From an uncultured Verrucomicrobiae bacterium (lineage in GTDB: Bacteria > Verrucomicrobiota > Verrucomicrobiia > Chthoniobacterales > UBA10450), in the NCBI GenBank assembly GCA_963726745.1, contig CAVSDR010000006.1, forward strand, positions 832,001 through 896,000: a stretch of 64,000 bases of DNA, read 5' to 3'. Shown here in pieces: positions 50,527-60,398 of this stretch; the first letter of the stretch is position 1, and the number at the start of each line of letters is the position of its first letter. Made by a program: the position numbers and the translations under genes. The notes under the pieces are model-generated. The model saw nothing but the letters and a program-made list of their open reading frames with translations, ran no database searches and was not told the origin of the DNA.

Positions 50527-51168
50527 ATGCCGGCGAGCAGCAGCAAAATCATCGACCTGCGGAAGCTGCTCGCGGAGCGCTATCCGCAGACGCAGATCGC
50601 GCCGGCCGCGCGTTTGCTCACTGGCATTCCTCCGCTCGATGAAGCCGGCGGCTTGCCGAAGGGCGCGATTACGGAATTAACCAGCCCGCACGAGAGCGCC
50701 GGGAGCGCGCGTCTCCTGCACACCCTGCTTCGCCGCGCGCAGCGGGAACGCGAGTTCGTGGCCTTGATCGACGGGCGCGATTCCTTCGATCCGCAGCCGC
50801 TGGGAAATGAGTGTCTGCGCCACCTTCTCTGGGTCCGCTGCACCACTGCGCTCGCGGCCGTGAAAGCCGCCGACCTGCTCCTGCGCGACGGCAATTTCCC
50901 GCTCGTGATCCTCGACCTGGTGCTGAACAGCGCCGAGGAGCTGCGCAAGATTCCGCAGACCAGCTGGTATCGGCTGCAACGCCTGGCCGAGCCGCTCTCG
51001 CTCGCTTTTCTCGTGCTCACGCGCCGGAGCGTGATCAGCAGCGCGCAGGTGAAGTTGACCCTCGAGCATCGCTGGCAATTGGCGGACATCGATGAGCCAC
51101 GCGATTTCGCCCGCACAAAAATCGAGGTGCAACGCCTGCACCCGCATCGGCTGGAGGCTGTCGGCTAA
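50527..51168 (+). CDS. imuA: ImuA (RecA-fold mutasome accessory protein)
   Basis: TGIPPLD...GGLPKGAITEL with degenerate Walker A, ALIDGRDSFDP, LLWVRC, ADLLLRDGNF, W.RLQR. Confidence 0.88.
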   Translation: MPASSSKIIDLRKLLAERYPQTQIAPAARLLTGIPPLDEAGGLPKGAITELTSPHESAGSARLLHTLLRRAQREREFVALIDGRDSFDPQPLGNECLRHLLWVRCTTALAAVKAADLLLRDGNFPLVILDLVLNSAEELRKIPQTSWYRLQRLAEPLSLAFLVLTRRSVISSAQVKLTLEHRWQLADIDEPRDFARTKIEVQRLHPHRLEAVG

Positions 51169-51169
51169 A

Positions 51170-51694
51170 ATGCTTTTCGCCACCCTTTATCTCCCGAACT
51201 TTTTCCTCCAGGCCGCGCTCCGCCATCAGCCGGAGCTGGCTGGCCACGCCGTCGCCTTGATCGATGAGCGCGACGCGAAACCCACTTTCTTGCAGGTCAA
51301 CGCGGAGGCGGCCGCGGCCGAGGTGCGCTGCGGGATGACGCCCAGCCAGGGGCTCGCGCGCTACCTGCCGCTGGTGGTAAAAGGGCGCCTGCTCGAGCAG
51401 GAGAAAATGCTGGCTGATTTGCTCCTGCAGTTCGCCTTTACCCTCTCGCCTTTTGTGGAAGCGACTGCGCCCGGCATCTGCACGGTGCAGGCAAACGAGG
51501 GCGCGGCGCTGCGGGAGAAAGTCGAGCGCGTGCTCGCGCAATTGCAGGCCGCCGGGCTAACCGCGCAGGCCGGGATCGCGCCGACGCCCGACACCAGCTT
51601 TCTCGCGGCCCACCTCGCGAATCCACTCTTGCAGGTCGAGGACGTGACCGAATTCCTCGCGCCGCTTCCGATCGAGACCCTGGCCCAGGGCTGA
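51170..51694 (+). CDS. imuB: ImuB N-terminal half (IMS palm/fingers) as a stand-alone ORF
   Basis: LYLPNFFLQA, VN.EA...V..GMT..Q.LA, FTLSPFVE, QAGIAPTP...LAA; ends FLAPLPIETLAQG*. Confidence 0.85.
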   Translation: MLFATLYLPNFFLQAALRHQPELAGHAVALIDERDAKPTFLQVNAEAAAAEVRCGMTPSQGLARYLPLVVKGRLLEQEKMLADLLLQFAFTLSPFVEATAPGICTVQANEGAALREKVERVLAQLQAAGLTAQAGIAPTPDTSFLAAHLANPLLQVEDVTEFLAPLPIETLAQG

Positions 51695-51696
51695 AC

Positions 51697-54220
51697 TTAG
51701 CCAGCGAGATTCGGATATTTCGCGCGCAACTGCTGCGTGGCGCGAGCCGCTTCAGCCTGGTTGCCGGCTTTTTGATACGCGGCCGCGGCTCGCTGCAAGG
51801 CCCTCGGCGTGATCGCCGGGTCGTCGTAAAGCAAGGACACGCTCATGAAAGTTTTCGCCGCCTCCTCGAAAGCCCCGCGTTCAAACTGCACTTCGCCCGC
51901 GAGGAGGCGAGCTTCCGCGTTCACTTTCCCCTCCGGCTGCAGGCTCATGATTTCCTCGGCAATCCGCTGCGCTTCCTCCGGTTTGTGCGCTGCGATCTTG
52001 GCCGCGCCGAGCGCGATCAAGGTCTTGGCGCGCGCCGCCGGATCGCTCGTCGTTTGCAGGTAGCGTTCGTAAGAGCCTTCGGCATCGCTCACCTTGCCGG
52101 TCTTCATCTGCGCATCGGCCAGGTAGAACCAGAAATCCGCGTTCACATTCGAGCCTTCGTTCGCGCCCAGGGCGCTGAGGTATTTCTCGGCCGCGGCGTA
52201 GTTCTTCTCGTTGTAATAATCCAGCCCGAGCCACTGCAGGATTTCGCCAGGAATCGGCGCTTCGCGGCCGCTGGCGAGGTATTTGTCGACTTCGCTCGTG
52301 AGCGCGGCGCGGTTTTTTTGGTAAAAATAAGCAGAGATGATCCGGACCGTCGCGGGGGTGTAATACTGCTCCGCGTTCAATTTCCGCGCAGCCTCGAGCG
52401 CGGCGATCGCCGGCTTGTAGTCCTTCGCCTCGAAGGCCGCCTTCCCGATGTAATACTGCGCCTGTGCCGCGGCCTCGGTCTTCGGATATTCCTTCAGCAG
52501 CTGCGCAAAAGCGGCCGACATCGCCTTGTCGTTTTCCTGCTGGCCGAGGAGGAGCGCCTTTTGTTGCAGCGCGCCTTCGCGCTCGCGCGCTTTTGGGTAG
52601 CTCTTGATCAAGGTATCGAGGTCGGCGATCGCGGCGTCGAAGTTCTTCGTCTCCTGGTAGGCCAGCGCGCGCTGGGTGAGCGCGCTCGGAGCCTGCGGGT
52701 TGTCGGCAAAAGCCTTCAGGAAATAGCTAAAGGCATCGATAATCCGCAGCGGATTCTTGAGCTGCACGTAACACCAGCCAGCTTTGTAAGCCGACTCTGC
52801 GCGCAGCTTGGCCGAAAGCTGGGAAGCGCGCAGCGTCTCATAGAGCGGCGCGGCCTCGGCGAAATTTCCCTGGCGATAAAGCGCCTCGGCTTTCAAGAGC
52901 CGCGCCTGGTCGGCCCGTTCGCCGCTCGAGTTGCTGGCTAAATACTCGTCCACCTGCGCGACCACCGCCGCGGGATCGGCGTTGTAGACATTGATCAAGC
53001 GCTGGTAACGCGCGTCCTTCGCTTCTTCGCGCGCAGGGATATTTCTCGATGATCTGGGCGTAGAGTGCCTCCGCTTCCGGGCCGTGGCCGAGCTGGCGCT
53101 GGCTGTTCGCTGCGTAGAGCATCATCTCCGCGCGGGCGTCGTCTGGCAGGTCGTCGCCCGCGCGTTTCCATTCCGTGAGCACCTGCTGGAATTGCCCGCC
53201 GGAATAGAGCACCCGGAGGAGGCCGGTGGCCGCGAGCCCGCGCCATTTCCCGGCCTCGGCTAACGAGCGGCCTTTTTGCAAGAGCGCGACTGCTTTTTCC
53301 GAGAGCGCTTTGTTGCCCTTCTCGCCTTGCGCGAGGTCGGCCGCAATCAAGCCGGCGCGCACGGTCGCCTCGGCTTTCAAAGCGGCCTTGCCGGTTTCGT
53401 TTGCCAGCGCCTCGTATTGCTTCAGCGCCTCCGCTTTGCGCCCGCGATTGAAAAGGATCGAGGCCGCGGCGGAGCGCGAGTCTTCGCGGAAAGGATTCGG
53501 GTCCTTCGCCTCGATCACCTGCAGGTAAGCGGTCGCGGCTTCATCCTTGCGATCGAGATTTTCCAGCGAACGCGCCTCGAAATAGCGCGCCGACAAGGCC
53601 AGGCCGGGCTCCTTCGTCTTCGCTGCCGAGCGATGAAATTGCGCCAGCGCGCCGGCGTAATCTTTCTGGTTAAAAAGAATCTCGCCCACGCCATAGGCCG
53701 CCGGCCCGGCAAACTCACTCTCGGAAAAATCAGCCAGCACACTCTGGAAAGCAGTCCGCGCCGGCGCGGTGCGGTTCTGCGCGCGGTAGGCTTCGGCGAG
53801 GTAAAAGAACGCGCTCGCGCGGCCGGACGCATTCGGGAATTGGCCGAGGAACTTCTCGTATTCCGGAATTGCGAGATCGTAGAGCTTGCGATTGAAGAGC
53901 GCGTTCGCGTAATCGAGCTGGCGCTGGTCGGCCGCCTCCGGTTCCGGCCCTTCGCTCGCCGCGGGCTCGCTCCGCGGCGTAGCCGGCTCCTCGGGCGCGG
54001 GCACCGGAGTGGAGCGCGGAGTGGGCGCGGGCGTAGCCACCGGCAACGGGGTGGCCGCCTTGCGCGGGGTCGACTCCTCCACCGGAAGCGCGCGGCGCAC
54101 GGGCGGCTCGTTCACCGGCTGGGCCCGGCGAATTTCCGGGGCCGCCTGCGCCTGCCCCCAGGCACTCGTTAGGCAAAACGCCCACGCGAGCACGCCCAGG
54201 GCGCTCGTGCGCCAGTTCAT
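51697..54220 (-). CDS. periplasmic TPR-repeat protein with Pro-rich N-terminal linker; frameshift near 53035
   Basis: Signal peptide, Pro/Thr/Ala-rich segment, many TPR motifs over two consecutive frames. Confidence 0.85.
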
Positions 54221-54624
54221 TTTGCGGTCGCGAAAGCGACGTTGGTCACGCCCGCTTCGCTGCAAATGTTGAGCACGCCGACGACGTTTCGGTAGGCGCC
54301 GGTTTCGTCGCCGCGGATCACGACCGCCTGGTTTGGGTCGAGTTGAACGAGATTGCGCAGGAGTTCGGTCAGCTCGGGGGCGCTCAAGGTGCGCCGGTTT
54401 ACGACCACATTGCCATCCGCTTTCACGTTCACGATCACGTCGCCGATGGGCGCGCTTTTTTCCTTCGCCTCGGTCGCCTTGGGCACTTTTACGTCGAGCT
54501 CGTTCTCGTTCCGCGCCGCGTTCCAGGTGAGGAGAAAGAAAATAAGCAGCAACATGAGCACGTCGACCAGCGGGGCGAGCTGGATGCCGGGATGGTGCGG
54601 GACGGCGTGCTTGCGCAGGTTCAT
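54217..54624 (-). CDS. exbD: biopolymer transporter ExbD/TolR
   Basis: LAPLVDVLMLLLIFF, VVIRGD....Y..VV.VL. Confidence 0.92.
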   Translation of the reverse strand: MNLRKHAVPHHPGIQLAPLVDVLMLLLIFFLLTWNAARNENELDVKVPKATEAKEKSAPIGDVIVNVKADGNVVVNRRTLSAPELTELLRNLVQLDPNQAVVIRGDETGAYRNVVGVLNICSEAGVTNVAFATAK

Positions 54625-54663
54625 TCGAGGCAGGAGAGGATTGGGAGAAGCAGATCAGCGCTT

Positions 54664-55437
54664 CTAAAAATCATCCTCGATCAACGCGGGCGCGCGCTGC
54701 GACGGCTGTGACTTATTGTATTGCAGCGAAAGCAGCGCAAGCACGTGCGTGACCGCGGATTCGAGTTCCGAGATCAAGCGTTGCGCGCGGCCGCGAAAGA
54801 AGGCGTAAAAGATCATCGCCGGGATGCCAATCGCCAGGCCGCCGGCAGTATTGATCAGCGCCTCGCTGACGCCGCGCGAAAGTTGCAGATAACGCGCGGA
54901 ACCGACATCAGCCCCGAGCGCGCTGAAGGAACGAACGATGCCGATGACCGTGCCGAGCAGGCCGATAAGCGGCGCGATCATTCCGATATCCGCAAGGTAA
55001 ATCACGCGATTGTTCAAGCTGGAAGCCACGCGCGTGCCTTCGGTTTCGGCGATGTCGCGCACTTGCGCGAAGTCGGCGCCCGGATTCTTGGTCGTGAACT
55101 CCAGGACCTTCTGGACCACGCGCGCGATCGCTTCGCCATGGCGATTCGAAACCGCAAGCAGGCCGAGGTAATCGCGCTTCCGCAGGAGGGCATCGGCCGT
55201 GGCCATGTAGCCGCTCGAGACCACCGCGCCGCGGCGAATGCTCAGGAAGTAAACGATCACGAGCATAACCGAGAAAACGGACAAAATAACCAGCGGGATG
55301 ATGATGGGTCCCGCATGGATCATGGCGTCGAGAATGGAAGTGGTCTGCGGCAGGTCGGGGCCGGGCGGCACGGGAGTCTGCGCGAAGAGAGGAGTGGCGC
55401 CCGCGAATACGCCGAGGAGCGGAAGGAGGTGTTTCAT
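54664..55437 (-). CDS. exbB: MotA/TolQ/ExbB proton channel protein
   Basis: IAPLIGLLGTVIG, GVSEALINTAGGLAIGIPA. Confidence 0.92.
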   Translation of the reverse strand: MKHLLPLLGVFAGATPLFAQTPVPPGPDLPQTTSILDAMIHAGPIIIPLVILSVFSVMLVIVYFLSIRRGAVVSSGYMATADALLRKRDYLGLLAVSNRHGEAIARVVQKVLEFTTKNPGADFAQVRDIAETEGTRVASSLNNRVIYLADIGMIAPLIGLLGTVIGIVRSFSALGADVGSARYLQLSRGVSEALINTAGGLAIGIPAMIFYAFFRGRAQRLISELESAVTHVLALLSLQYNKSQPSQRAPALIEDDF

Positions 55438-55525
55438 TCCGGAATTTGCAGCCATAGTAAGATGTCGCCGGGAGCGGCGCAACATTCCCAGCAGAGACAG
55501 CGCGCCCCGTGGGAACGTTCAACCA

Positions 55526-57514
55526 CTACGCGAAACGCCCGTCGCCTAACGAGCGCCGCACGCGGAAGACATGCGCCGGGCGCGTGTCTGGATGGAGCTC
55601 GACATAATTCCGGCTGCCCTGCCAGGTGAAGCGCTCATCGGTCAGGAGATCGTGCACCTGATACGGCTCAGTCTCGCTCAGGCCCATCTCCGCCAGCGGG
55701 ACGTGAATGTAGGAATGGTGCGCCATGAAGGCGTCGAGGTTCACGACCACGAGGATGAGGTTGTCTTTCGCCGGTGTCAGCTTGCCGTAAAAGAGGATGT
55801 TCCCATCGTCCGCCTGGTAGAACCGCAGGTTGTCGTAGAGATGCAGCGCGCGATTCTCGCGGCGGATTTGGTTCAGGCGTGCGAGGTAATTCTTGATGTT
55901 GCCGGGCGCATCCCAGTCGCGCTCCTTGAGCTGATATTTCTCGCTATCGAGATACTCTTCGCGTCCAGGAAGAGGGGCATTTTCGCAGAGCTCAAAGCCG
56001 CTGTAGATGCCGTAGACGCTCGAGAGGGTGGCCGCGAGGACGGCGCGAATCATGAAGGCGGGGCGGCCGCCTTCCTGCAGGTGCACCGGCAGAATATCCG
56101 GCGTGTTCGGCCAGAGATTGCCGCGAAAATACTCGCGCATCTCCGTCTGCGTGAGCTCGGTGAAATACTCGATGAACTCCGCCTTGGTGTTCCGCCAGGT
56201 GAAGTAGGTGTAGCTCTGTTGGAAGCCAGCCTTAGCCAGCGCTTTCATCATCTTCGGCTTGGTGAAAGCCTCAGAAAGGAAGATGACGTCGGGAAATTTC
56301 GCGCGCACCTGGCCGATCAGGTATTCCCAAAACGCCACCGGCTTGGTGTGTGGATTATCCACCCGGATGATGCGCACACCCTGCTCTGCCCAGAAGAGGA
56401 TGATGCTGGTCATCTCGTCCCAGAGCTCCTGCCAGTTCGAGCAACGGAAGTTCAGCGGGTAGATGTCCTCGTATTTCTTCGGCGGGTTCTCGGCGTATTT
56501 GATCGTGCCGTCGGGGCGCTTGTAGAACCACTCGGGATGCGCCTCGACATACGGGTGATCGGGCGAGCAATTGATCGCGAAATCGAGCGCCACTTCCATC
56601 CCGCGCGCGTGAATCTCGCGCTGCAGCCAGGCGAAATCCTCCAGCGTGCCTAACGAAGGCTCCACGTCCTTGTGCCCGCCGCCATTGGGCGCACCGACGA
56701 AGCGGTTCCCGATCGCGTAGGGCACGCCCGGTTCGCCCGGCTGGCTGGTCACGGAGTTGTTCGCGCCTTTGCGATTGGTCATCCCAATCGGGTGGATCGG
56801 CGGGAAATAAATCACGTCAAAGCCCAGGGCCTTTGCGTAATCGACCCGCGGGAGGCAATCGCGGAAGGTCGACCCGCGATCCGCGTGGCCCTCGGCCGAG
56901 CGCGGGAAAAATTCATACCAGGCCGCGGTGCGCGCGCGCACCCGGTCGACCGTGACCTGCGGATGCGGCGCGTATTGCGTCGAGGCCGAACGATCCGGGT
57001 AAGTTGCCATCAGGATCTCGAGCTCGCCGGAGTGAGCCAGCTCGTCGATCTGCGCGTTCTCGCTCGTGCGGATGATCTCCGAGAGCTCCCCGAGCCGCCG
57101 CCCATCGGCGGTCTCGCCGGCCCGGAGCGCGGCCGCTTCGATCAAGGCCGCGCCTTCCAGCGCCTCGCTCGTCAGGTTGGCGATGCCGGCCTTGAACTTG
57201 GCACCAAACTCGTGCTGCCAGCCCGCGAACGTGTCCGCCCAGGCTTCCACGGTGTATTCGTAGGTCGCGTTTTCGAAGAGGGAACAGACGCCGCGCCAGC
57301 GATCGTTCCCGAGATGGGTCATCGCGGTTTCGTGCCACTGCGGCTCGCCGAGCTGGCGCCATTTCAGCCGGGCCGCGACCACATCGTGGCCGTCCTTGAA
57401 GATGTCGGCCTCGACCTCGAGATCTTCGCCCACGACCCGCTTGACCGGGTAACGCCCGCCGTCGATCAACGGCTGCAGATTCTCGATAACGGCGGTGGGA
57501 AAGGCCCGGAGCAT
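55526..57514 (-). CDS. glgE: alpha-1,4-glucan:maltose-1-phosphate maltosyltransferase
   Basis: WYEFFPRS, PPIHPIG..NRKG.NN, CSPDHP, YAENPPKKYEDIYP, RVDNPHTKP, FLSEAFT, NTPDIL. Confidence 0.95.
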   Translation of the reverse strand: MLRAFPTAVIENLQPLIDGGRYPVKRVVGEDLEVEADIFKDGHDVVAARLKWRQLGEPQWHETAMTHLGNDRWRGVCSLFENATYEYTVEAWADTFAGWQHEFGAKFKAGIANLTSEALEGAALIEAAALRAGETADGRRLGELSEIIRTSENAQIDELAHSGELEILMATYPDRSASTQYAPHPQVTVDRVRARTAAWYEFFPRSAEGHADRGSTFRDCLPRVDYAKALGFDVIYFPPIHPIGMTNRKGANNSVTSQPGEPGVPYAIGNRFVGAPNGGGHKDVEPSLGTLEDFAWLQREIHARGMEVALDFAINCSPDHPYVEAHPEWFYKRPDGTIKYAENPPKKYEDIYPLNFRCSNWQELWDEMTSIILFWAEQGVRIIRVDNPHTKPVAFWEYLIGQVRAKFPDVIFLSEAFTKPKMMKALAKAGFQQSYTYFTWRNTKAEFIEYFTELTQTEMREYFRGNLWPNTPDILPVHLQEGGRPAFMIRAVLAATLSSVYGIYSGFELCENAPLPGREEYLDSEKYQLKERDWDAPGNIKNYLARLNQIRRENRALHLYDNLRFYQADDGNILFYGKLTPAKDNLILVVVNLDAFMAHHSYIHVPLAEMGLSETEPYQVHDLLTDERFTWQGSRNYVELHPDTRPAHVFRVRRSLGDGRFA

Positions 57515-57571
57515 GGGCCACCAATCAAGCGAACTTGCTCCGATGCGCGAGCAAAAACTCCGCGCGCGCCG

Positions 57572-58213
57572 CTAGACCGCGAAATAGAAGGCGCACTCGT
57601 ATTGCCCCGAGCTGCGGGTCTCCTCGCGGCGCACGGCCGTGCCGAGAATCTTCTCGAACAGGTCCTGCTCCAGCCGCGCGACCAGCGGATACTGGTCGAG
57701 CAAATTCAGGATGGGCGAGTGGCATTCCAGGATCTGCGGGCCGCCCTCCTTCTCGTCGTCCATGAATTCGGCCATGTGGCCATCCTGGTCGCGCAGTTCC
57801 GCCAGGGAACGGGCGCGCTCGGCCACGGTCTCGCCCTTCACCTTCTCCGCGAACTCCCGGGTCTTCCGCTCGTAGACGTTGAAGAGAAGCTTCTCCGCCG
57901 CGTTCGGGCCGTAGATCTCGCTGGCTGCAGCCAGCAAATCCATCGTCATCCGGTTGCTGTCGCAGGGGAAGAGATCGTGCGTCCGCTTGGTCAGGCGATA
58001 GACCATCTCCGGCCGGCCCATTTTCTGGGGGCGACGCCAGGTGTCGAGGTAGCCGCCGCGCTCGAGCGTGAGGCAGTGCTGCTTGATGCCCATGTAGCTC
58101 ATCTTCATTTTGTCGACGAGCTCATTCACGGACATGCCGCGGGTGCGCTTGAGGGTATTGAGAATTTCGAGCCGCTGGGTGCGGCCGATTTCGGAGAGTA
58201 GTTGTTGGTTCAC
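57572..58213 (-). CDS. winged-HTH transcriptional regulator (SufR-like)
   Basis: ILNTLKR..GMSV.EL, IKQH...LE..GY, GRPEMVYRLT. Confidence 0.8.
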   Translation of the reverse strand: MNQQLLSEIGRTQRLEILNTLKRTRGMSVNELVDKMKMSYMGIKQHCLTLERGGYLDTWRRPQKMGRPEMVYRLTKRTHDLFPCDSNRMTMDLLAAASEIYGPNAAEKLLFNVYERKTREFAEKVKGETVAERARSLAELRDQDGHMAEFMDDEKEGGPQILECHSPILNLLDQYPLVARLEQDLFEKILGTAVRREETRSSGQYECAFYFAV

Positions 58214-58324
58214 GGGCTGCGTCTAGGGGAAAGACTTAATCGAGGCGCCGACATTACCCGCAAAGCTCTTTGAAAAACAAGGGGAAACTCCGCCCGCAAG
58301 TTTCGCCGGCAAAACCAATTAGCC

Positions 58325-59452
58325 CTAGACAATGCGCAGGGTCGATTCCGGGTCGAAGAGGTGCGCCTTTGGGAGATTCATCTCGAACTGCATTCGGTGC
58401 CCGGCCTCGCGGTGGTCCAACGCTTTTTGGCTCCGGCAAACGATCGTGTGCGCCCCGGTTTGCAGGTAGAGATTCGTCTCCGCGCCCATCGGTTCCACCA
58501 GATCGATGATCGCCGGGAAGCTGCCGGCTGTTTCCTGGCCCCGGGCAAATTGCGCCACCTCGATGTCCTCCGGGCGGATCCCCAAAAGCATCGATTTGCC
58601 GACAAATTCACGCGCGCCCGGACGCTCGTTCGCGTCCAGCCGCACCTCGATCGTCCCACCTTCCATCTCGGAGAAAACCAGCGCGCCTTTCGTCTCCTTG
58701 AGCGTGCCGTGGATGAAATTCATCGGTGGGCTGCCCAGAAAGCCGGCCACGAAGAGATTCACCGGCTCGTGATAGAGCTTCAAAGGCGCGTCGTTTTGCT
58801 GCACCAGTCCTTTGTCCATAACCACGATCCGGTCGCCCATGGTCATCGCTTCCACTTGATCGTGGGTCACGTAGATCATCGTCGCCTGGAGGCGCTGGTG
58901 CAGCTTGGTAATCTCCGTCCGCATCTGCACCCGCATCTTGGCGTCTAAATTCGAGAGCGGCTCGTCGAAGAGAAAAACCTTCGGCTGGCGCACGATCGCC
59001 CGGCCCACGGCCACGCGTTGGCGTTGCCCGCCGGAGAGCGCCTTCGGTTTGCGCTCCAGCAAATCCTCGATGCCCAGAATCGCCGCTGCGTCCTGCACCC
59101 GCTTCTTGATCTCGGCCTTGGGAAACTTCCGCAGCTTCAAGCCGAAGGCCATGTTCTCGAAGACCGACATGTGCGGGTAGAGCGCGTAATTCTGGAAGAC
59201 CATCGCGATGTCGCGATCCTTCGGCGCGACGTCGTTTACCCGGCGCTCGCCGATGAAAATGTCGCCACGCGAAATCTCCTCCAAGCCGGCGATCATCCGC
59301 AGCGTGGTCGATTTCCCGCAGCCCGATGGCCCCACGAGGACAACAAACTCGCGGTCGGCGATCTCGAGGCTGACGTCGTTCACCGCCGTGACGTCCGCGC
59401 CTTTGTCGCCGGGGTAAATCTTGTAGACGTTCTGGACGGAAACCTTGGCCAT
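58325..59452 (-). CDS. sugar ABC transporter ATP-binding protein (UgpC/MalK/MsmK family)
   Basis: GPSGCGKST, VFQNYALYPHM, LSGGQRQR, DEPLSNLDA, YVTHDQ, GSPPMN. Confidence 0.93.
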   Translation of the reverse strand: MAKVSVQNVYKIYPGDKGADVTAVNDVSLEIADREFVVLVGPSGCGKSTTLRMIAGLEEISRGDIFIGERRVNDVAPKDRDIAMVFQNYALYPHMSVFENMAFGLKLRKFPKAEIKKRVQDAAAILGIEDLLERKPKALSGGQRQRVAVGRAIVRQPKVFLFDEPLSNLDAKMRVQMRTEITKLHQRLQATMIYVTHDQVEAMTMGDRIVVMDKGLVQQNDAPLKLYHEPVNLFVAGFLGSPPMNFIHGTLKETKGALVFSEMEGGTIEVRLDANERPGAREFVGKSMLLGIRPEDIEVAQFARGQETAGSFPAIIDLVEPMGAETNLYLQTGAHTIVCRSQKALDHREAGHRMQFEMNLPKAHLFDPESTLRIV

Positions 59453-59513
59453 AGAGAAAAACGCGCGCACGGTGGCGCAGCCGCGAGAGAGTAAGTCGAC
59501 CCGCGGGAAGCGG

Positions 59514-60395
59514 TCAATCGGCAACCGGCGGGAGCGGCACGATTTCCACCGTGGTCGCAGTCTCGCCGGCGCGCGCTTCCAATCGCGTCCCCGGCTCCCA
59601 GAAACCGCGCTTCACAAAACCGAGCGCACGCCGCTGTCCCGCGCTCGCGCTCGCCGCCACGCTTGTGAGCCATCCGGTTTCCCGCTCGCCGCTCCAGAGC
59701 TTCCAGCCCGCGCCTAACGAGTCCCCGGCCGCGGCCTGCAGGGCGCAGAGGCGCTTGTTCGTCTGGCCGGACATCTTGATCCGCGAGATCACTTCCTGCC
59801 CGATGTAGCAGCCCTTCGCGTAGTCGATCGTGCTCGCCTCGAGGTTCGCCTCGTTCGGGATGATCTCGTCGGTTAATTCCGCGCCCCAGCGCGGCCGCCC
59901 CCGCTCGATTCGCCATTCCTCGGCTGCAGCCTCATCCAAGAGCGGGAAAATGCTGGCTAATTTTTCCACCGCCGCCGCCCGCTCCGCGCGCGGCAGCCAA
60001 AGGTCCAAGCCCGTGGCGCCGAAACGATTTGCCTGCACTTTCAGCGCCGTCGACGGGAGCGTCTCCCCCGGATCGCCTAACAAGTGCAAAAGCGCATAAG
60101 CCTCAGTCACGTCCTCCACCTGCACGTCATCCGCGATGATGTAACGCTCCAGCCGCGCGCTCAGCGCCTCGGCCAGGCCCGGGTCGCTATCGAGCAGAAA
60201 CGATTCGCCCTCGGGCACGATGAAGACCTCCGCGTTGATCTTGCCCTTCGCCGTCAGCACGCAGGCATGGAGCGCGCGCGCGGCGCTCGCTTTGCGCAGG
60301 TCGTTGCTGATCTGGCCGTTTAAATAGCGCACACGATCCACGCCGGAGAGCCGCAGCTTCGTCCGCGCAGAAAGATCGAAGAGCGCCCGCTCCAC
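59514..60395 (-). CDS. ygfZ: YgfZ/GcvT-like folate-binding protein
   Basis: KGCYIGQE signature, G.DR..YLNGQ.SND. Confidence 0.88.
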   Translation of the reverse strand: MERALFDLSARTKLRLSGVDRVRYLNGQISNDLRKASAARALHACVLTAKGKINAEVFIVPEGESFLLDSDPGLAEALSARLERYIIADDVQVEDVTEAYALLHLLGDPGETLPSTALKVQANRFGATGLDLWLPRAERAAAVEKLASIFPLLDEAAAEEWRIERGRPRWGAELTDEIIPNEANLEASTIDYAKGCYIGQEVISRIKMSGQTNKRLCALQAAAGDSLGAGWKLWSGERETGWLTSVAASASAGQRRALGFVKRGFWEPGTRLEARAGETATTVEIVPLPPVAD

Positions 60396-60398
60396 GGC

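Noticed and set aside
41900..51760. Recombinase-type inverted repeats at the putative inversion endpoints
   Set aside because: Comparing the reverse complement of 51640-51720 with 41900-42000 by eye showed no convincing match, and there is no invertase in the window.
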